From NCBI RefSeq assembly GCF_001194135.2, contig NC_068998.1, forward strand, positions 54,442,164 to 54,487,204: DNA of 45,041 nt, in the 5' to 3' direction. Shown one piece after another: positions 23,530 through 34,290 of this stretch (within the stretch, counting starts at the first letter, position 1; each line of letters begins with the position of its first letter). The translations under genes were made by a program, and so were the position numbers. The stretch comes from Octopus bimaculoides. Its lineage: Eukaryota. The notes under the pieces are model-generated. The model had not been told where the DNA came from. It saw only the letters and a program-made list of their open reading frames with translations, and did not search any database.

Positions 23530-24015
23530 ACTTGATGAACTAAATAACAAGAATATTTCCAAATTTCCAAGACGACCAACGCAACTCTACGTACTCGTGC
23601 GAAAAGTCAATACTTGCACTGAAATCTATCATTGTCAACAGCATAAACAATAAGTTAGTGGTATTGATCGCACTTCAGGAGATTCACCAACTTGTAAAAT
23701 CTATAGATACAGTTCTAGATTCTGCAAGGCTGCCAACTATCCTGTTGAATCCTTAAATTATTTGGAATTTCCTGCGTCTTGCTACCATCATACTAAATTC
23801 TGTTAAAAGTAGGAGCCACCATTATACCATTAATGGTATCTTGGTAAGTGGTGGTTAAATGATTAATGCTTATATTATCCAGGCTACTATTCTGATTGGT
23901 TGGTCCACAGTAGAATGTTTTTATACCCAAAATATCTATGATACCATCCGACTGAGAAATACCTTTCCTATACATAAGTTTGTAGTTTCCAATAAAATTC
24001 AGCTTTGCTGTTGCC
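23530..24015 (+). mobile_element. Helitron RepHel remnant: decayed PIF1-like helicase C-terminal region
   Basis: Stitched frames read IFPNFQDDQRNSTYSCEKSILALKSIIVNSINNKL...KSIDTVLDS / ANYPVESLNYLEFP / LLKVGATII / IIQATILIGWS / NVFIPKISMIPSD*EIPF..L*FPIKFSFAVA. This is colinear with the conserved Helitron helicase string (ERAILAPKN..VN.IN; KSIDTV; YPVEFLNSL; LKVGAPIML; ATILTG; VFIPRIPMIPSD; FPIKLAFAMT). Several frameshifts and stops. Confidence 0.85.
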
Positions 24016-24039
24016 ACACCCACCACCACCACCACTGCC

Positions 24040-24256
24040 ATCATCATCATTTTAGTAACCACTTTTCAATATTTGCATGGTTCACTGAGGCAGATATTCT
24101 ACAGCCAGATGCTCTACCTGTCATCAACCCTCACCTGTTTCCAACAAAGGCAATATTTCCCCATGGCCAGACACATTTTTCACCCAATATTGGAAAGGAA
24201 CGACTCAACCTGTATGGCAGTGGCATTCACTCACAACTATCACTCAATGTCAAGAC
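24040..24256 (-). mobile_element. Interspersed repeat family E (D-related)
   Basis: TACAGCCAGATGC...CTGTCATCAACC.TCACCTGTTTC...AAGG.AAT.TTTCCCCA is shared with 29990-30170. Confidence 0.6.
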
Positions 24257-24478
24257 GTGTGTGTGTGCGTGTGTCTTTGTTTGTGGCCCCCATCTCCACC
24301 GCCTCACAATCGCTGTTGGTTTGTTTATGTCCCTGTAACTTTTCAATTCAGCAGAAGAGGTCGATTGAATAAATGCAAGACTTAAAAAATAAGTACTGCT
24401 GCTGATTTGTTTGGCTAAAACTTTTGAAGGTGCTGCCCCAGCTTGGCCACAGTCCAAAGACTAAAACAAGTAAAAAAA
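24257..24478 (+). mobile_element. SINE family A, 3' half
   Basis: TTTGTTTATGTCCCTGTAACT...AAATAAGTACTG...CCCAGCTTGGCCACAGTCC...AAACAAGTAAAA. Confidence 0.7.
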
Positions 24479-24524
24479 AAAGAAGAGTAAAAGACGAAAG
24501 ATCAGTCATCCGTACTTTTGCTGA

Positions 24525-24561
<37 letters not shown>

Positions 24562-25949
24562 NNNNNNNNNNNNNNNNNNNNNNNNNNNNNNNNNNNNNNN
24601 NNNNNNNNNNNNNNNNNNNNNNNNNNNNNNNNNNNNNNNNNNNNNNNNNNNNNNNNNNNNNNNNNNNNNNNNNNNNNNNNNNNNNNNNNNNNNNNNNNNN
24701 NNNNNNNNNNNNNNNNNNNNNNNNNNNNNNNNNNNNNNNNNNNNNNNNNNNNNNNNNNNNNNNNNNNNNNNNNNNNNNNNNNNNNNNNNNNNNNNNNNNN
24801 NNNNNNNNNNNNNNNNNNNNNNNNNNNNNNNNNNNNNNNNNNNNNNNNNNNNNNNNNNNNNNNNNNNNNNNNNNNNNNNNNNNNNNNNNNNNNNNNNNNN
24901 NNNNNNNNNNNNNNNNNNNNNNNNNNNNNNNNNNNNNNNNNNNNNNNNNNNNNNNNNNNNNNNNNNNNNNNNNNNNNNNNNNNNNNNNNNNNNNNNNNNN
25001 NNNNNNNNNNNNNNNNNNNNNNNNNNNNNNNNNNNNNNNNNNNNNNNNNNNNNNNNNNNNNNNNNNNNNNNNNNNNNNNNNNNNNNNNNNNNNNNNNNNN
25101 NNNNNNNNNNNNNNNNNNNNNNNNNNNNNNNNNNNNNNNNNNNNNNNNNNNNNNNNNNNNNNNNNNNNNNNNNNNNNNNNNNNNNNNNNNNNNNNNNNNN
25201 NNNNNNNNNNNNNNNNNNNNNNNNNNNNNNNNNNNNNNNNNNNNNNNNNNNNNNNNNNNNNNNNNNNNNNNNNNNNNNNNNNNNNNNTATATATATATAT
25301 ATATATACTTATATTTAGATGCACACACACACACACACACACAAGCGTGTGTGTGTGTGTTTTGACACATTTCCTCTATGCAGTATTGAGTTCTCTCTTA
25401 TTCTATGTTATCACTTCTTGATAAGCATTACAGAACACAGGCACACACACACACACACACACACTCCAATATCACTTGAAATCTAGTTTGGTTCTGCCGA
25501 TTTAGACAATATCATAACTCATGTCTGAAGACACATTTCTCTGTAGTTTTACATGGAAATTAATATCTAAAAAGATGTTTTATGTTCCTGAATTTCACAC
25601 TTCTGGAACTAACGCTATGCCAGAAAGAATTATGTTCTAAACTAAATCTGATATAGATGTAGAACCTAAAGTAGAACAAGGAAAGAAGTTAACAAGGACA
25701 CTAAAACATCTTTTGGCATTTCTTTTATAAAACCATGGGGAGAATTCTTATAGGAACTTCGAACTGGTTACAATCAGCAGTTGAATGTTCAAGAGCAAAG
25801 ACTGATATTTTAATAATACCAGAATTCAGAATTCTATCAAAGTTAATTTGCTAATTAAAATAATATAAAACAGTTCTATTAAGCTGTATTCAAAATGAAA
25901 TTTCTTTAGCTGTTGGAATTCTGTGCTCTTCCCAAGGGATTACAATCCA

Positions 25950-26120
25950 AAAATTATCAAAAGTCACATTTATTCACATTGTTTTGAATTAATCAAGTAT
26001 TTCAAGATTTCGATGATGACATTGTGGGCTAGGTGTGAGAGGCCAGATCTAGTTAGTTTGAACAGAAAACAGATAGAATATTTGGGCCAGACATGATTGG
26101 TTTAAATGCTAAAGGAGTAA
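25950..26120 (-). mobile_element. piggyBac-type MITE family G, inverted copy
   Basis: Reverse complement TTACTCCTTTAGCATTTAAACC...CCAAATATTCTA.CTGTTT...CTCTCACACCTAG...CAATGTCAT matches 11036-11140. Confidence 0.65.
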
Positions 26121-26689
26121 AGCAGCGCTAAGAATATTTTTTATATTGAATTTATTAATGATATTATACGTGTAAGAAATGAAAACAGAATCAAAGATAG
26201 GCATCTATACCAATAAATGTGGCGTTTGAGGTCTTGGTTAAGTTTTGAATAGCAATGACCAATGTCTGAGGGATTTTGACTAATTGTAAAACCTTTATGC
26301 TAATGTATAAAGAAAATTCAGGTTGCTCATAGATTTAGTCTCTAGGTTGTAAGTCAATAAGAGAACAGGCTTCAGATTGGCTAATGTAGCTGCCTTCGAA
26401 TCAATAGGAACTGGACTCTTGGACAGTAAAAGGAAAGATTTGGGTTGTCTTCAAATATCAGCTTGAGCCAGTTTAACACCACCACTTCACTCTCGCGAGC
26501 CTTTAGTTCAGGTCTCCAGTGTGAGGTTTAGCAATACCTTTCTACAGTTTCAAAAACCCTGCCCTTCTCCTTATTAGATGATGATGATCCCAAAAGATGG
26601 ACAGCAAATTGATGGTCCTGAACTCAGAATGAAAGGGGAGAACTAATACAGCACAGTATTAACAACAACAACAACAGTTTTATCAGGGA

Positions 26690-26925
26690 TGTTGGTTGTT
26701 GTCTTTTAATCCCAGTTCAATGGAAACAAATGAAAATTCAGCAGACTTTATGATCTAAAGCATTCCAGTATGCCATGGTGCAGCATCTGAGATGCCACAG
26801 ATCTAGAAAACTAAATCGTCCAATGTGCATTCTTCCCTCTTTTTCAAAGGATGTTGGGTGTAATATAAGGGAGATTTGACTGCTATTTACGGTTTGAGTG
26901 ACTTTAGAGAGGTCTCCTTATTGGC
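26690..26925 (-). mobile_element. Interspersed repeat family F
   Basis: GACTTTATGATCTAAAGCATTCCAG...TTTTCAAAGGATG...GGGAGATTTGACTGCTATTT; inverse of 21890-22095. Confidence 0.55.
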
Positions 26926-27099
26926 AGCTCATTTTTAGCCAGGACCCACAAGTCAATTCAATTAATGCACTTGGGAAACCTCGTTGCAAGGTCAGTTTCA
27001 GTTATTCAATCCCTATTTCTTTTGCAGTTGTGTATTTTTCTTTTTAACAGCAACCTATGACAATGGTTTAATCAGTGGTGGTGGTCGAATGAAATATTT

Positions 27100-27480
27100 A
27101 TATAAAAGAAGGAAAAAAAGTGAAAAGAAAAATAAATGAAAAGAACATTGATTCTGAATAGGAAATTTCATGATGTTCATTAGATATTGCTAAGGTGAGT
27201 CGTAGTGGATTAAAAAGCAATGAGACAGACTTGGGGGGTGGGGGTGGGGGAGTTGTTGGGGAGGGAGAAAGAAAAAGAAACAATTGAGCAAATAAAAGAT
27301 GAAGAAAGAAAAAGGAAGATAGAGAAGAAGGCAAGGAAAGAAAACGTAAACAAAAAAAAAAGACAAAAATACAAAAGAAAATAAGAAAAGATAAAGAAAT
27401 ACAAAAGGAAAGAGGGGAAAGGAGAAAGGAAAGAAAGGATAAAAAGAAAGAAAGAAGGCAACAAGGAGTTAAGAAAGGAA
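27100..27480. repeat. Purine-rich (A/G) low-complexity tract
   Basis: Direct inspection; source of the Phe/Leu/Ser ORFs 27098-27509. Confidence 0.9.
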
Positions 27481-27870
27481 GAAAATTGATGTGAGAGAAG
27501 TTGTGTCACAGTCTACCTTGGTTCGTTATTACCAGGGTAACAACAACTAACCTAAACTATCTCTGATACAACCCATTACTAGTTTAGTTTTGTTAAAAGT
27601 CAGGATTGATGAGAGAGGAGGGGGGAGGAAGGGGAGGAGGTGGTAAGAGAAATAATCAGTTATGGCTTTGAATGATTAGAGTCAGCTTGATTACTTGACA
27701 GCAGCTATTAATAAGTGGTCGGAGAATTCAAAGTAATAATACAGTTACAGTGGTATTAGAGAAGCTTTGATGGGGGGAGGAGGAGGGCGGCTGTGTGGTT
27801 TAGCAAGCTCACTTCACAACCAACTGCATCATAGTCTCACTTTGGGAAATTGCCTGGGTCTTTGACCATA

Positions 27871-28043
27871 TCCTAGAACAGGGCTCTGAGACTGGTGTGC
27901 CACAAGACGATGCTGGCTGTGTCGCAGTGGAACCTGAATATAATTTTTCGCCCCTATATTTTTAGTTCAGGTGTGCTGCCGAATTCTGAAAAGAATATAA
28001 GTGTACCACAGGTGTAAAAAGGTTGCAGAGCACAGTCCTAGAA
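27871..28043. mobile_element. hAT (Charlie-like) MITE, 157 bp, with perfect 8-bp TSD
   Basis: TCCTAGAA at 27871-27878 and at 28036-28043. Imperfect TIRs CAGGGCTCTGAGACT / AGGTTGCAGAGCACAG. An 8-bp TSD with central TA and CAG..CTG-type termini are hallmarks of hAT/Charlie elements. Confidence 0.8.
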
Positions 28044-28334
28044 TTGACCTGACTGACCAATGCCAAGTGAGTGAAAGTTGGCAGAGCAAAATTCATCCTG
28101 TATGTGAGTGTGCATGTATGTATAATATATATATATATATANNNNNNNNNNNNNNNNNNNNNNNNNNNNNNNNNNNNNNNNNNNNNNNNNNNNNNNNNNN
28201 NNNNNNNNNNNNNNNNNNNNNNNNNNNNNNNNNNNNNNNNNNNNNNNNNNNNNNNNNNNNNNNNNNNNNNNNNNNNNNNNNNNNNNNNNNNNNNNNNNNT
28301 ATGTATGTATGTATGTATATATATACACTACTGC

Positions 28335-28500
28335 AGGCATGGCTGTGTGGTTAAGAAGCTTGCTTTCCAACCATGTGGTCTTGAGTTCAGTCCCATTACA
28401 TGGTACCTTGGGCAAGTGTCTTCTACTATAAGCCCAGGTCAACCAAAACCTTGTGAACAGCTTTGGTAGATGGAAACTGAATGAAGCCCATCATGTGTGT
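28335..28500 (+). mobile_element. SINE family A, 5' half, well preserved
   Basis: GCAGGCATGGCTGTGTGGTTAAGAAGCTTGCTTTCCAACCATGTGGTCTTGAGTTCAGTCCC...CCTTGGGCAAGTGTCTTCTACTATA. Confidence 0.85.
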
Positions 28501-29068
28501 GTGTGTAAGTGTGTGTGTACATAGTTTAAAGTTGGACAAATGAGAAAGGAGTGCTCAATACATGTTATAGAGTTTATGGATTTTTAAAATTAAAACTGAC
28601 GCTGAGAGTTTATCTGACTATTTGAGTTTCACCTGAAGATCACAGTGGCTTGAAACTCAAGTCAAGACAAATTCTCAGCTTCAGTTTTAAATAAACTAAA
28701 AAAACTATTCACACACACACACACACACACAATAGTGACTTGAGTATAATGCAAGAAATTTAATACAAAGCCAAAATCAAGGAGAATTCCGGGACAACAT
28801 TATACTAGAGTGTAAAAAACCAAAAAGATAGAGATAGAAGGCCAAAATAATATAGAACTGATTTTCAAGTACAAAAAGTATGTGGGGGGGGGGTGCAGTA
28901 TTATATTTGAGATCACATCATATGCAAGTAAATACAGAATATGATGCATCTTCTGCTGATTATACAGGGAAAGAAAGAAAGAAAGAAAAAGAACGGTGCT
29001 TTTAGGAAAAAAAAAGAAATATCATTTGCAGCATTTGTTCCAGCAGACAAATCCCTTGTCCTTCTTAC

Positions 29069-29185
29069 CAACAGAAATCCAACGAAGCAACGAGTTGGCC
29101 TGCTGGAAAGCTGTGAGCAGTGATGCCATTGTCGAGAAAACGGGATATAAATCAAATCAATCAACCGTGAGAAGAATTTCCTCGT
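29069..29185 (-). CDS. Candidate alternative start exon encoding MASLLTAFQQANSLLRWISV (ATG at 29129)
   Basis: 117-nt segment bounded by acceptor ttttctgttgtaacttcag| and donor GTTG|GTAAGA. ATG at 29129 is preceded by an in-frame TGA, then 20 codons plus 1 nt (phase 1). A second frame is open across the whole exon (TRKFF...GFLL, phase 0/0), so the reading frame is uncertain. Confidence 0.45.
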
Positions 29186-29989
29186 CTGAAGTTACAACAG
29201 AAAACTAAACAACACCAACATCATCATCAACAACATGCTTTCCACAGTCTTTTGCAAGATTCTAGTGCACCAACATAACTTATTATTATAATTATTATTA
29301 TTATTATTATTATTAGTATTGTCATTGTTGTTGTTGTTAAACATAAATAATGTAAATGAAACAGACTGAAAAAGTGAAATCAGCTCTCATCAATAATTAA
29401 CAAAAGGATTACAGCATTAGACGAGAACAAAAGTTTAAAAATAACAAACAGATAAATATAATAATATAAATAAATAAAAAAAACTTTTCTGAAAAATCAC
29501 AACACCATTTGTCATTGTGTCTTAGATATATCTTAATAATGTCAAAGACCATCCTCTCTTCTCATTCTTCAACGTTTTTGTTTTGTTTTTGGGTTTCTTT
29601 TTTTTTTTTTTTTTGGTTTTGTCTCTTTCTAATTACAATACTGAATTAGAAACACTACTAACAAAGAATGGTAAAGTCTCTCTAAGACACGGTTGGCACT
29701 GAATCTATTGGGAAGTATGTAGATCTCTTTCAAATCACACGCAAATATCTGCTCCCACTCAGTGGTGTCTTACAGGATGGATCTGCAGGGCAGTCGTCCA
29801 GGGGTACCACAGGTGAAGGGGTCCAATATGAATCTACACATGCTGTGCCTTGTGGTCAATATATAAATACTATCAGTCCCAGTGCATTGTTCTGCCCACC
29901 AAAGAGCTTATAATGACAGCAATATGTTATATCCATCATTGGGCCAGCCACACCCACACGTACACACACACACATCCATAAACATCATC

Positions 29990-30350
29990 ATCATTTCTAT
30001 GGGTAGGAAAAAGTTTATTGAAGCAGATCTTTTACAGCCAGATGCCTTTCCTGTCATCAACCTTCACCTGTTTCTAAGCAAGGTAATGTTTCCCCACTGG
30101 CCAGAGATGGTTCCACAGAAGACTAGAAACGAGTGACATTCATTTAAAACAATCACACAACATCAAGACAAACTCACACACGGTGAGCTTCTTCAAGTTC
30201 TATCTACCGGACCTGGTCTCATAAGGCTTTGGTCAGTCCAGGGCTACAGTGGAAGACACTTGCTCAAAATTCCATGCAGTGCGACTGAACCAGAAATCAC
30301 ACAATTGAGAAGCAAGTCTCTCAACCACCCAGCCATGCCGGTGCTTTACA
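29990..30350 (-). mobile_element. Family E copy (29990-30170) followed by SINE family A 5' half (30181-30350)
   Basis: Similarity to 24040-24256 and to other family A copies. Confidence 0.6.
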
Positions 30351-30599
30351 CAGACGCTTATTATTATAAATACGTTTGTGAAGAAGTGAGACATAAGACC
30401 AGACGATAATGGCTTTGCTGTCAGCCATTTGGTTGACAGTTCAGAGAAGAACCTAGCAGTTCAGTCAGTTGTAATTCTCTATTAAGATGTAATTTACGCA
30501 GCCTTTTAATTACCGGCATAATTGGTAGGAGGAGGAGGAGGAGGAAAAGTTAGCAGGTTTGCTAAATGTGACTTACAGCCAATGGATATTGGATATAGC

Positions 30600-30710
30600 T
30601 GTTGTCAAAGGATGTTTAGACCTCAAGTCAATTCTGATGGAGAAGTCCTAAGACCAAAGGCATTCCAGCCATGACTATCTCCTCAGTTTTCAAAGGATCA
30701 CAATATTCAA
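30600..30710 (-). mobile_element. Family F fragment
   Basis: AAGACCAAAGGCATTCCAGCCATGACTATC. Confidence 0.45.
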
Positions 30711-30721
30711 TATCTTTCATG

Positions 30722-31077
30722 TTTTACTTGTTTCAGTCATTGGACTGCAGCCATGCTGGAGCAGCACCTTAAAGGGTTTTGGTCAAATAAATGGACCCCA
30801 GTACTTATGTTTTTTTTAAAATCTGATACTTATTCTATCAGTCTCTTTTGTCGAACCACTAAGTTACAGGGACATAAACAAACTGATACTGGTTGTCAAG
30901 CAGTGAAGGAGACAAACACACACACACACACACATATATACTGAGCTTCTTCACTCCCAACACATTGGTCAGCCTGGGTCTATAGGAGAAGGGTGTTGTC
31001 CAAGCTGCTCTGCAATGGGACTGAACCTGAGGTGCCATGGTTGCAAAGCAAGCTTCTTAACCACACAGCCATGTCTG
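30722..31077 (-). mobile_element. SINE family A, near full length
   Basis: TTTTACTTGTTTCAGTCATTGGACTGCAGCCATGCTGGAGCA ... AGCAAGCTTCTTAACCACACAGCCATG. Confidence 0.85.
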
Positions 31078-31976
31078 ATAAAAAATATAAATAAATAAAT
31101 AAAAGAACTCCAAGCTGGTCCTGGCTGGGAAGCCTGCTTGATCAGGGACAGACTTGGGAATTAAACCATAACAACAAAGATAAACTGGTTATGGGTCAAA
31201 AGTTAAGTGGTTTGCTGCGGAGCAAAAAAAGAGAAAGAGAAAGAAAAAAAAAGACAAACAAAGAAGCTCAATGGATAAATAATACAAGATACAATGGCAG
31301 ACTAGACTGTGAAATATATTGCCATATGGGAGAAGAAACGGTATTGTGAATGGAAATGTCTCTTAAGCATCAAGTGACTGTTATAGATCAGCACAAGAGA
31401 TCCAGTTTCAGGATGATAAAACAGAATGAAATGAATAGCTCACCACCCCACACCATGTCTTATGCTGGATGGGACACCCCAGCAGACAAAAATAAGTTTT
31501 TCTTAATTAGCCTTACAAAGAAGAACAATGCCCATTACATATATATATATATANNNNNNNNNNNNNNNNNNNNNNNNNNNNNNNNNNNNNNNNNNNNNNN
31601 NNNNNNNNNNNNNNNNNNNNNNNNNNNNNNNNNNNNNNNNNNNNNNNNNNNNNNNNNNNNNNNNNNNNNNNNNNNNNNNNNNNNNNNNNNNNNNNNNNNN
31701 NNNNNNNNNNNNNNNNNNNNNNNNNNNNNNNNNNNNNNNNNNNNNNNNNNNNNNNNNNNNNNNNNNNNNNNNNNNNNNNNNNNNNNNNNNNNNNNNNNNN
31801 NNNNNNNNNNNNNNNNNNNNNNNNNNNNNNNNNNNNNNNNNNNNNNNNNNNNNNNNNNNNNNNNNNNNNNNNNNNNNNNNNNNNNNNNNNNNNNNNNNNN
31901 NNNNNNNNNNNNNNNNNNNNNNNNNNNNNNNNNNNNNNNNNNNNNNNNNNNNNNNNNNNNNNNNNNNNNNNNNNNN

Positions 31977-32289
31977 AATGTGCTGTGCATGAGAAGACCC
32001 GGCAAGCCAAGTGAGATCGTTGCCAGTGCCCCTGGACTGGCTCTTGTGCGGGTGGCACATAAAAGACACCATTTCGAGCATGGCCGTTTTCGTGTGGGTG
32101 ACACGTAAAAGCACCCACTACACTCTCTGAGTGGTTGGTGTTAGGAAGGGCATCCAGCTGTAGAAACTCTGCCAAATTAGATTGGAGCCTGGTGTTGCCA
32201 TCCGGTTTCACCAGTCCTCAGTCAAATCGTCCAACCCATGCTAGCATGGAAAGCGGACGTTAAACGATGCTGATGATGATGATGATGAT
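31977..32289 (+). mobile_element. Retroposon family D, young-looking copy with (GAT)n tail; 5' end lies in the gap
   Basis: Retains many CpGs and ends GGAAAGCGGACGTTAAACGATGCTGATGATGATGATGATGAT. Confidence 0.85.
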
Positions 32290-32303
32290 ATATATATGCA
32301 CAC

Positions 32304-32460
32304 ATCATCATCATTATCATCATTTAACATCCTCTTTCCATGCTGGCATGAGTTGAACGGTTTGACATGGGGCTGGCTAGCAGGGAGCTGTCCAGACGCC
32401 AACTGTCTGTTGTAACATGGTTTCTACAGCTGGATGCCCTTCCTAATGTTGGGTGCATTT
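32304..32460 (-). mobile_element. Retroposon family D, inverted, tail-to-tail with the previous copy
   Basis: (CAT)n-TTTAACATCCTCTTTCCATGCTGGCATG...GTTTCTACAGCTGGATGCCCTTCCTAA. Confidence 0.8.
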
Positions 32461-32534
32461 TATAATATATACATATATATATACACACACACACACACAT
32501 TTGAAAATAAAATGCATGTGTGTGCGTGATGTGT

Positions 32535-32768
32535 GGCTTTAGTGGTTAGGGTGTTCGATTCCTGATGATAAGATTGTGGCTTTGATTTCTGGAGAGGGCA
32601 ATGTGTTGTGTTCTTGAGTAAAACACTTCATTCAATGTTGATCCAGTCCACTCAGCTGGCAAAAGAGTGTAATCCTGTGACAGACTGGCATCCTGTCCAG
32701 GTGGGGAATGCACGCACAACAGAAACCAGGAAACTGGCCTCATCAGTCTATAGGACTCAGGAACGATA
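32535..32768 (+). mobile_element. SINE family C
   Basis: TAGTGGTTAGGGTGTTCGATT...TTCTTGAGTAAAACACTTCATT...CCAGTCCACTCAGCTGGC...CCTGTGACAGACTGGCATCCTGTCCAGG. Confidence 0.7.
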
Positions 32769-32792
32769 CATATATATATCTATGTATGTACA

Positions 32793-32799
<7 letters not shown>

Positions 32800-32875
<76 letters not shown>
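32800..32875. repeat. (TA)n microsatellite
   Basis: Direct inspection. Confidence 0.95.
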
Positions 32876-32876
<1 letters not shown>

Positions 32877-32899
32877 TAGATGGATGTATTTGTATAGGG

Positions 32900-33100
32900 T
32901 CATTGAAGCTGGTGAGAACGATCTGGTTGTTGTTCATTTGGAACTTCTGTTAGTTGATATCTATTGGAAAAATGCAGGCAGAATTATTCTAAAAGGAAGC
33001 AGTTTTAGTAAGAGAAGAATGGATAAGAGTGTTTGGTGCAGGGTCTAGAGGGTGAGACAAATGTATTGAGGGAAACAGTGTTGTTAGAGTGATGTATAGC
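32900..33100 (-). mobile_element. Decayed 3' end of a CR1/L2-clade LINE ORF2
   Basis: A minus frame reads [32 protein letters not shown], resembling the L2-type C-terminal string SFFPRTA.LWN.LP..IFP...NLQ.FK..IN. Confidence 0.45.
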
Positions 33101-33366
33101 ACTTAATACCTAAAAGTGTGCTTACTAGTTTACACACACACACACACACACACACACAAAGTGGATATTAAAATGGATATACATATATTGTATATGAATG
33201 TGTGTGGGTGTGTGTGTAATAAATCTTCAGGCTACCTATTCAGAGGAATGTTGTTAGGATTGTTAGAGTGAAGAATTGGCTATTAGTGTTTTATCTTTAA
33301 AATGAGTACCACAAAAGTCATTTTGTTGCACCCATTTCTTTTAATAAAATGTATGTATGAATATGT

Positions 33367-33404
<38 letters not shown>

Positions 33405-33408
<4 letters not shown>

Positions 33409-33732
33409 GCTGAGTTCCTCTTGAATGTTGGGTCTCATGGAGATAAAGTGGCTGAGTTCTTTTCGAGCATTGAGTCTCACAGAGGCAAAGTGACCGAGTT
33501 CCTTTTGAGTGTTGGGCCTCATGGAGGCAATGACCAAGACCTTTGACATTCTGTTGTGCTTGAGAAGACCCATCAAGCCAAGCAAAATTGCAGTCATGGC
33601 AGATACTGGTGACACGCAAATGGCATTCATGCCAGTGGCACATAAAAGCACCCATTACACTCTCAGAGTGGTTGGCGTTAAGAAGGGCATCCAGCCATAG
33701 AAAACTATGCCAAGTCAGGCTGGAGTCTGGTG
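33405..33732 (+). mobile_element. Retroposon family D with 5' array of three ~42-bp repeats, 3'-truncated
   Basis: Repeats at 33405-33444, 33445-33486 and 33487-33528, then TGCTTGAGAAGACCC...GTGGCACATAAAAGCACCC...AAGGGCATCCAGC. Confidence 0.8.
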
Positions 33733-33920
33733 GTTAATAAGTTTCCATTGCAATCATTTAGTTTCAGGTTTGATCCCCTGGCATGGCACTTCTTTTTCTA
33801 TAGCCTCAAACCGAACAACACCTCATGATGAATCTTAGCAGAGAGAAACCATACTAAAGCCTGCTGTATATATATATGAAACCACAGGTAATCCATCATG
33901 TATGTATGCGCATATATCTA

Positions 33921-34093
33921 TCATCATCATCATCATTTAATATCTGTTTTCCCTGCTGACATGAGTTGGACAGTTTGACACAGTGCTGGTCAGCCAGTGG
34001 AGAGCTGTCCAGATTCCAATTGTCTGTTGTGAGATGGTTTCTACAGCTGGATGCCCTTCCTAAAGCCAACCACTTTACAGAGATTGCTGGGTG
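33921..34093 (-). mobile_element. Retroposon family D, inverted
   Basis: Closely resembles 32304-32460, including the middle segment. Confidence 0.8.
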
Positions 34094-34120
34094 TTATATA
34101 CAAATATCATTTTCATTTTC

Positions 34121-34290
34121 AAGCGTGGCTGTGTGATAAGCTTACCTCCCTTCCACATGGTTCCGGGTTCAGTCCCACTGTGTGACACCTTGGGCAAGTG
34201 CCTTTTACCATAGCCATGGGCCAACCATGCCTTGTGAGTGAATGTGATAGATAGAAACTGAAAGAAGCCTGTTGTACACACACACACACA
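34121..34290 (+). mobile_element. SINE family A, 5' half
   Basis: GTGGCTGTGTGATAAG...CCGGGTTCAGTCCCACTGTGTGACACCTTGGGCAAGTG...GAAACTGAAAGAAGCC. Confidence 0.8.

Noticed and set aside
28622-28663. CTGAAGA...GAAAC-TCAA-GTC, a third hammerhead candidate
   Set aside because: No closable stem II or stem I; better explained by the 10-bp inverted repeat TTGAGTTTCA/TGAAACTCAA.
33405-33528. CRISPR-like regular array
   Set aside because: Units are contiguous diverged repeats with no unique spacers, in a eukaryotic retroposon context with no cas genes.
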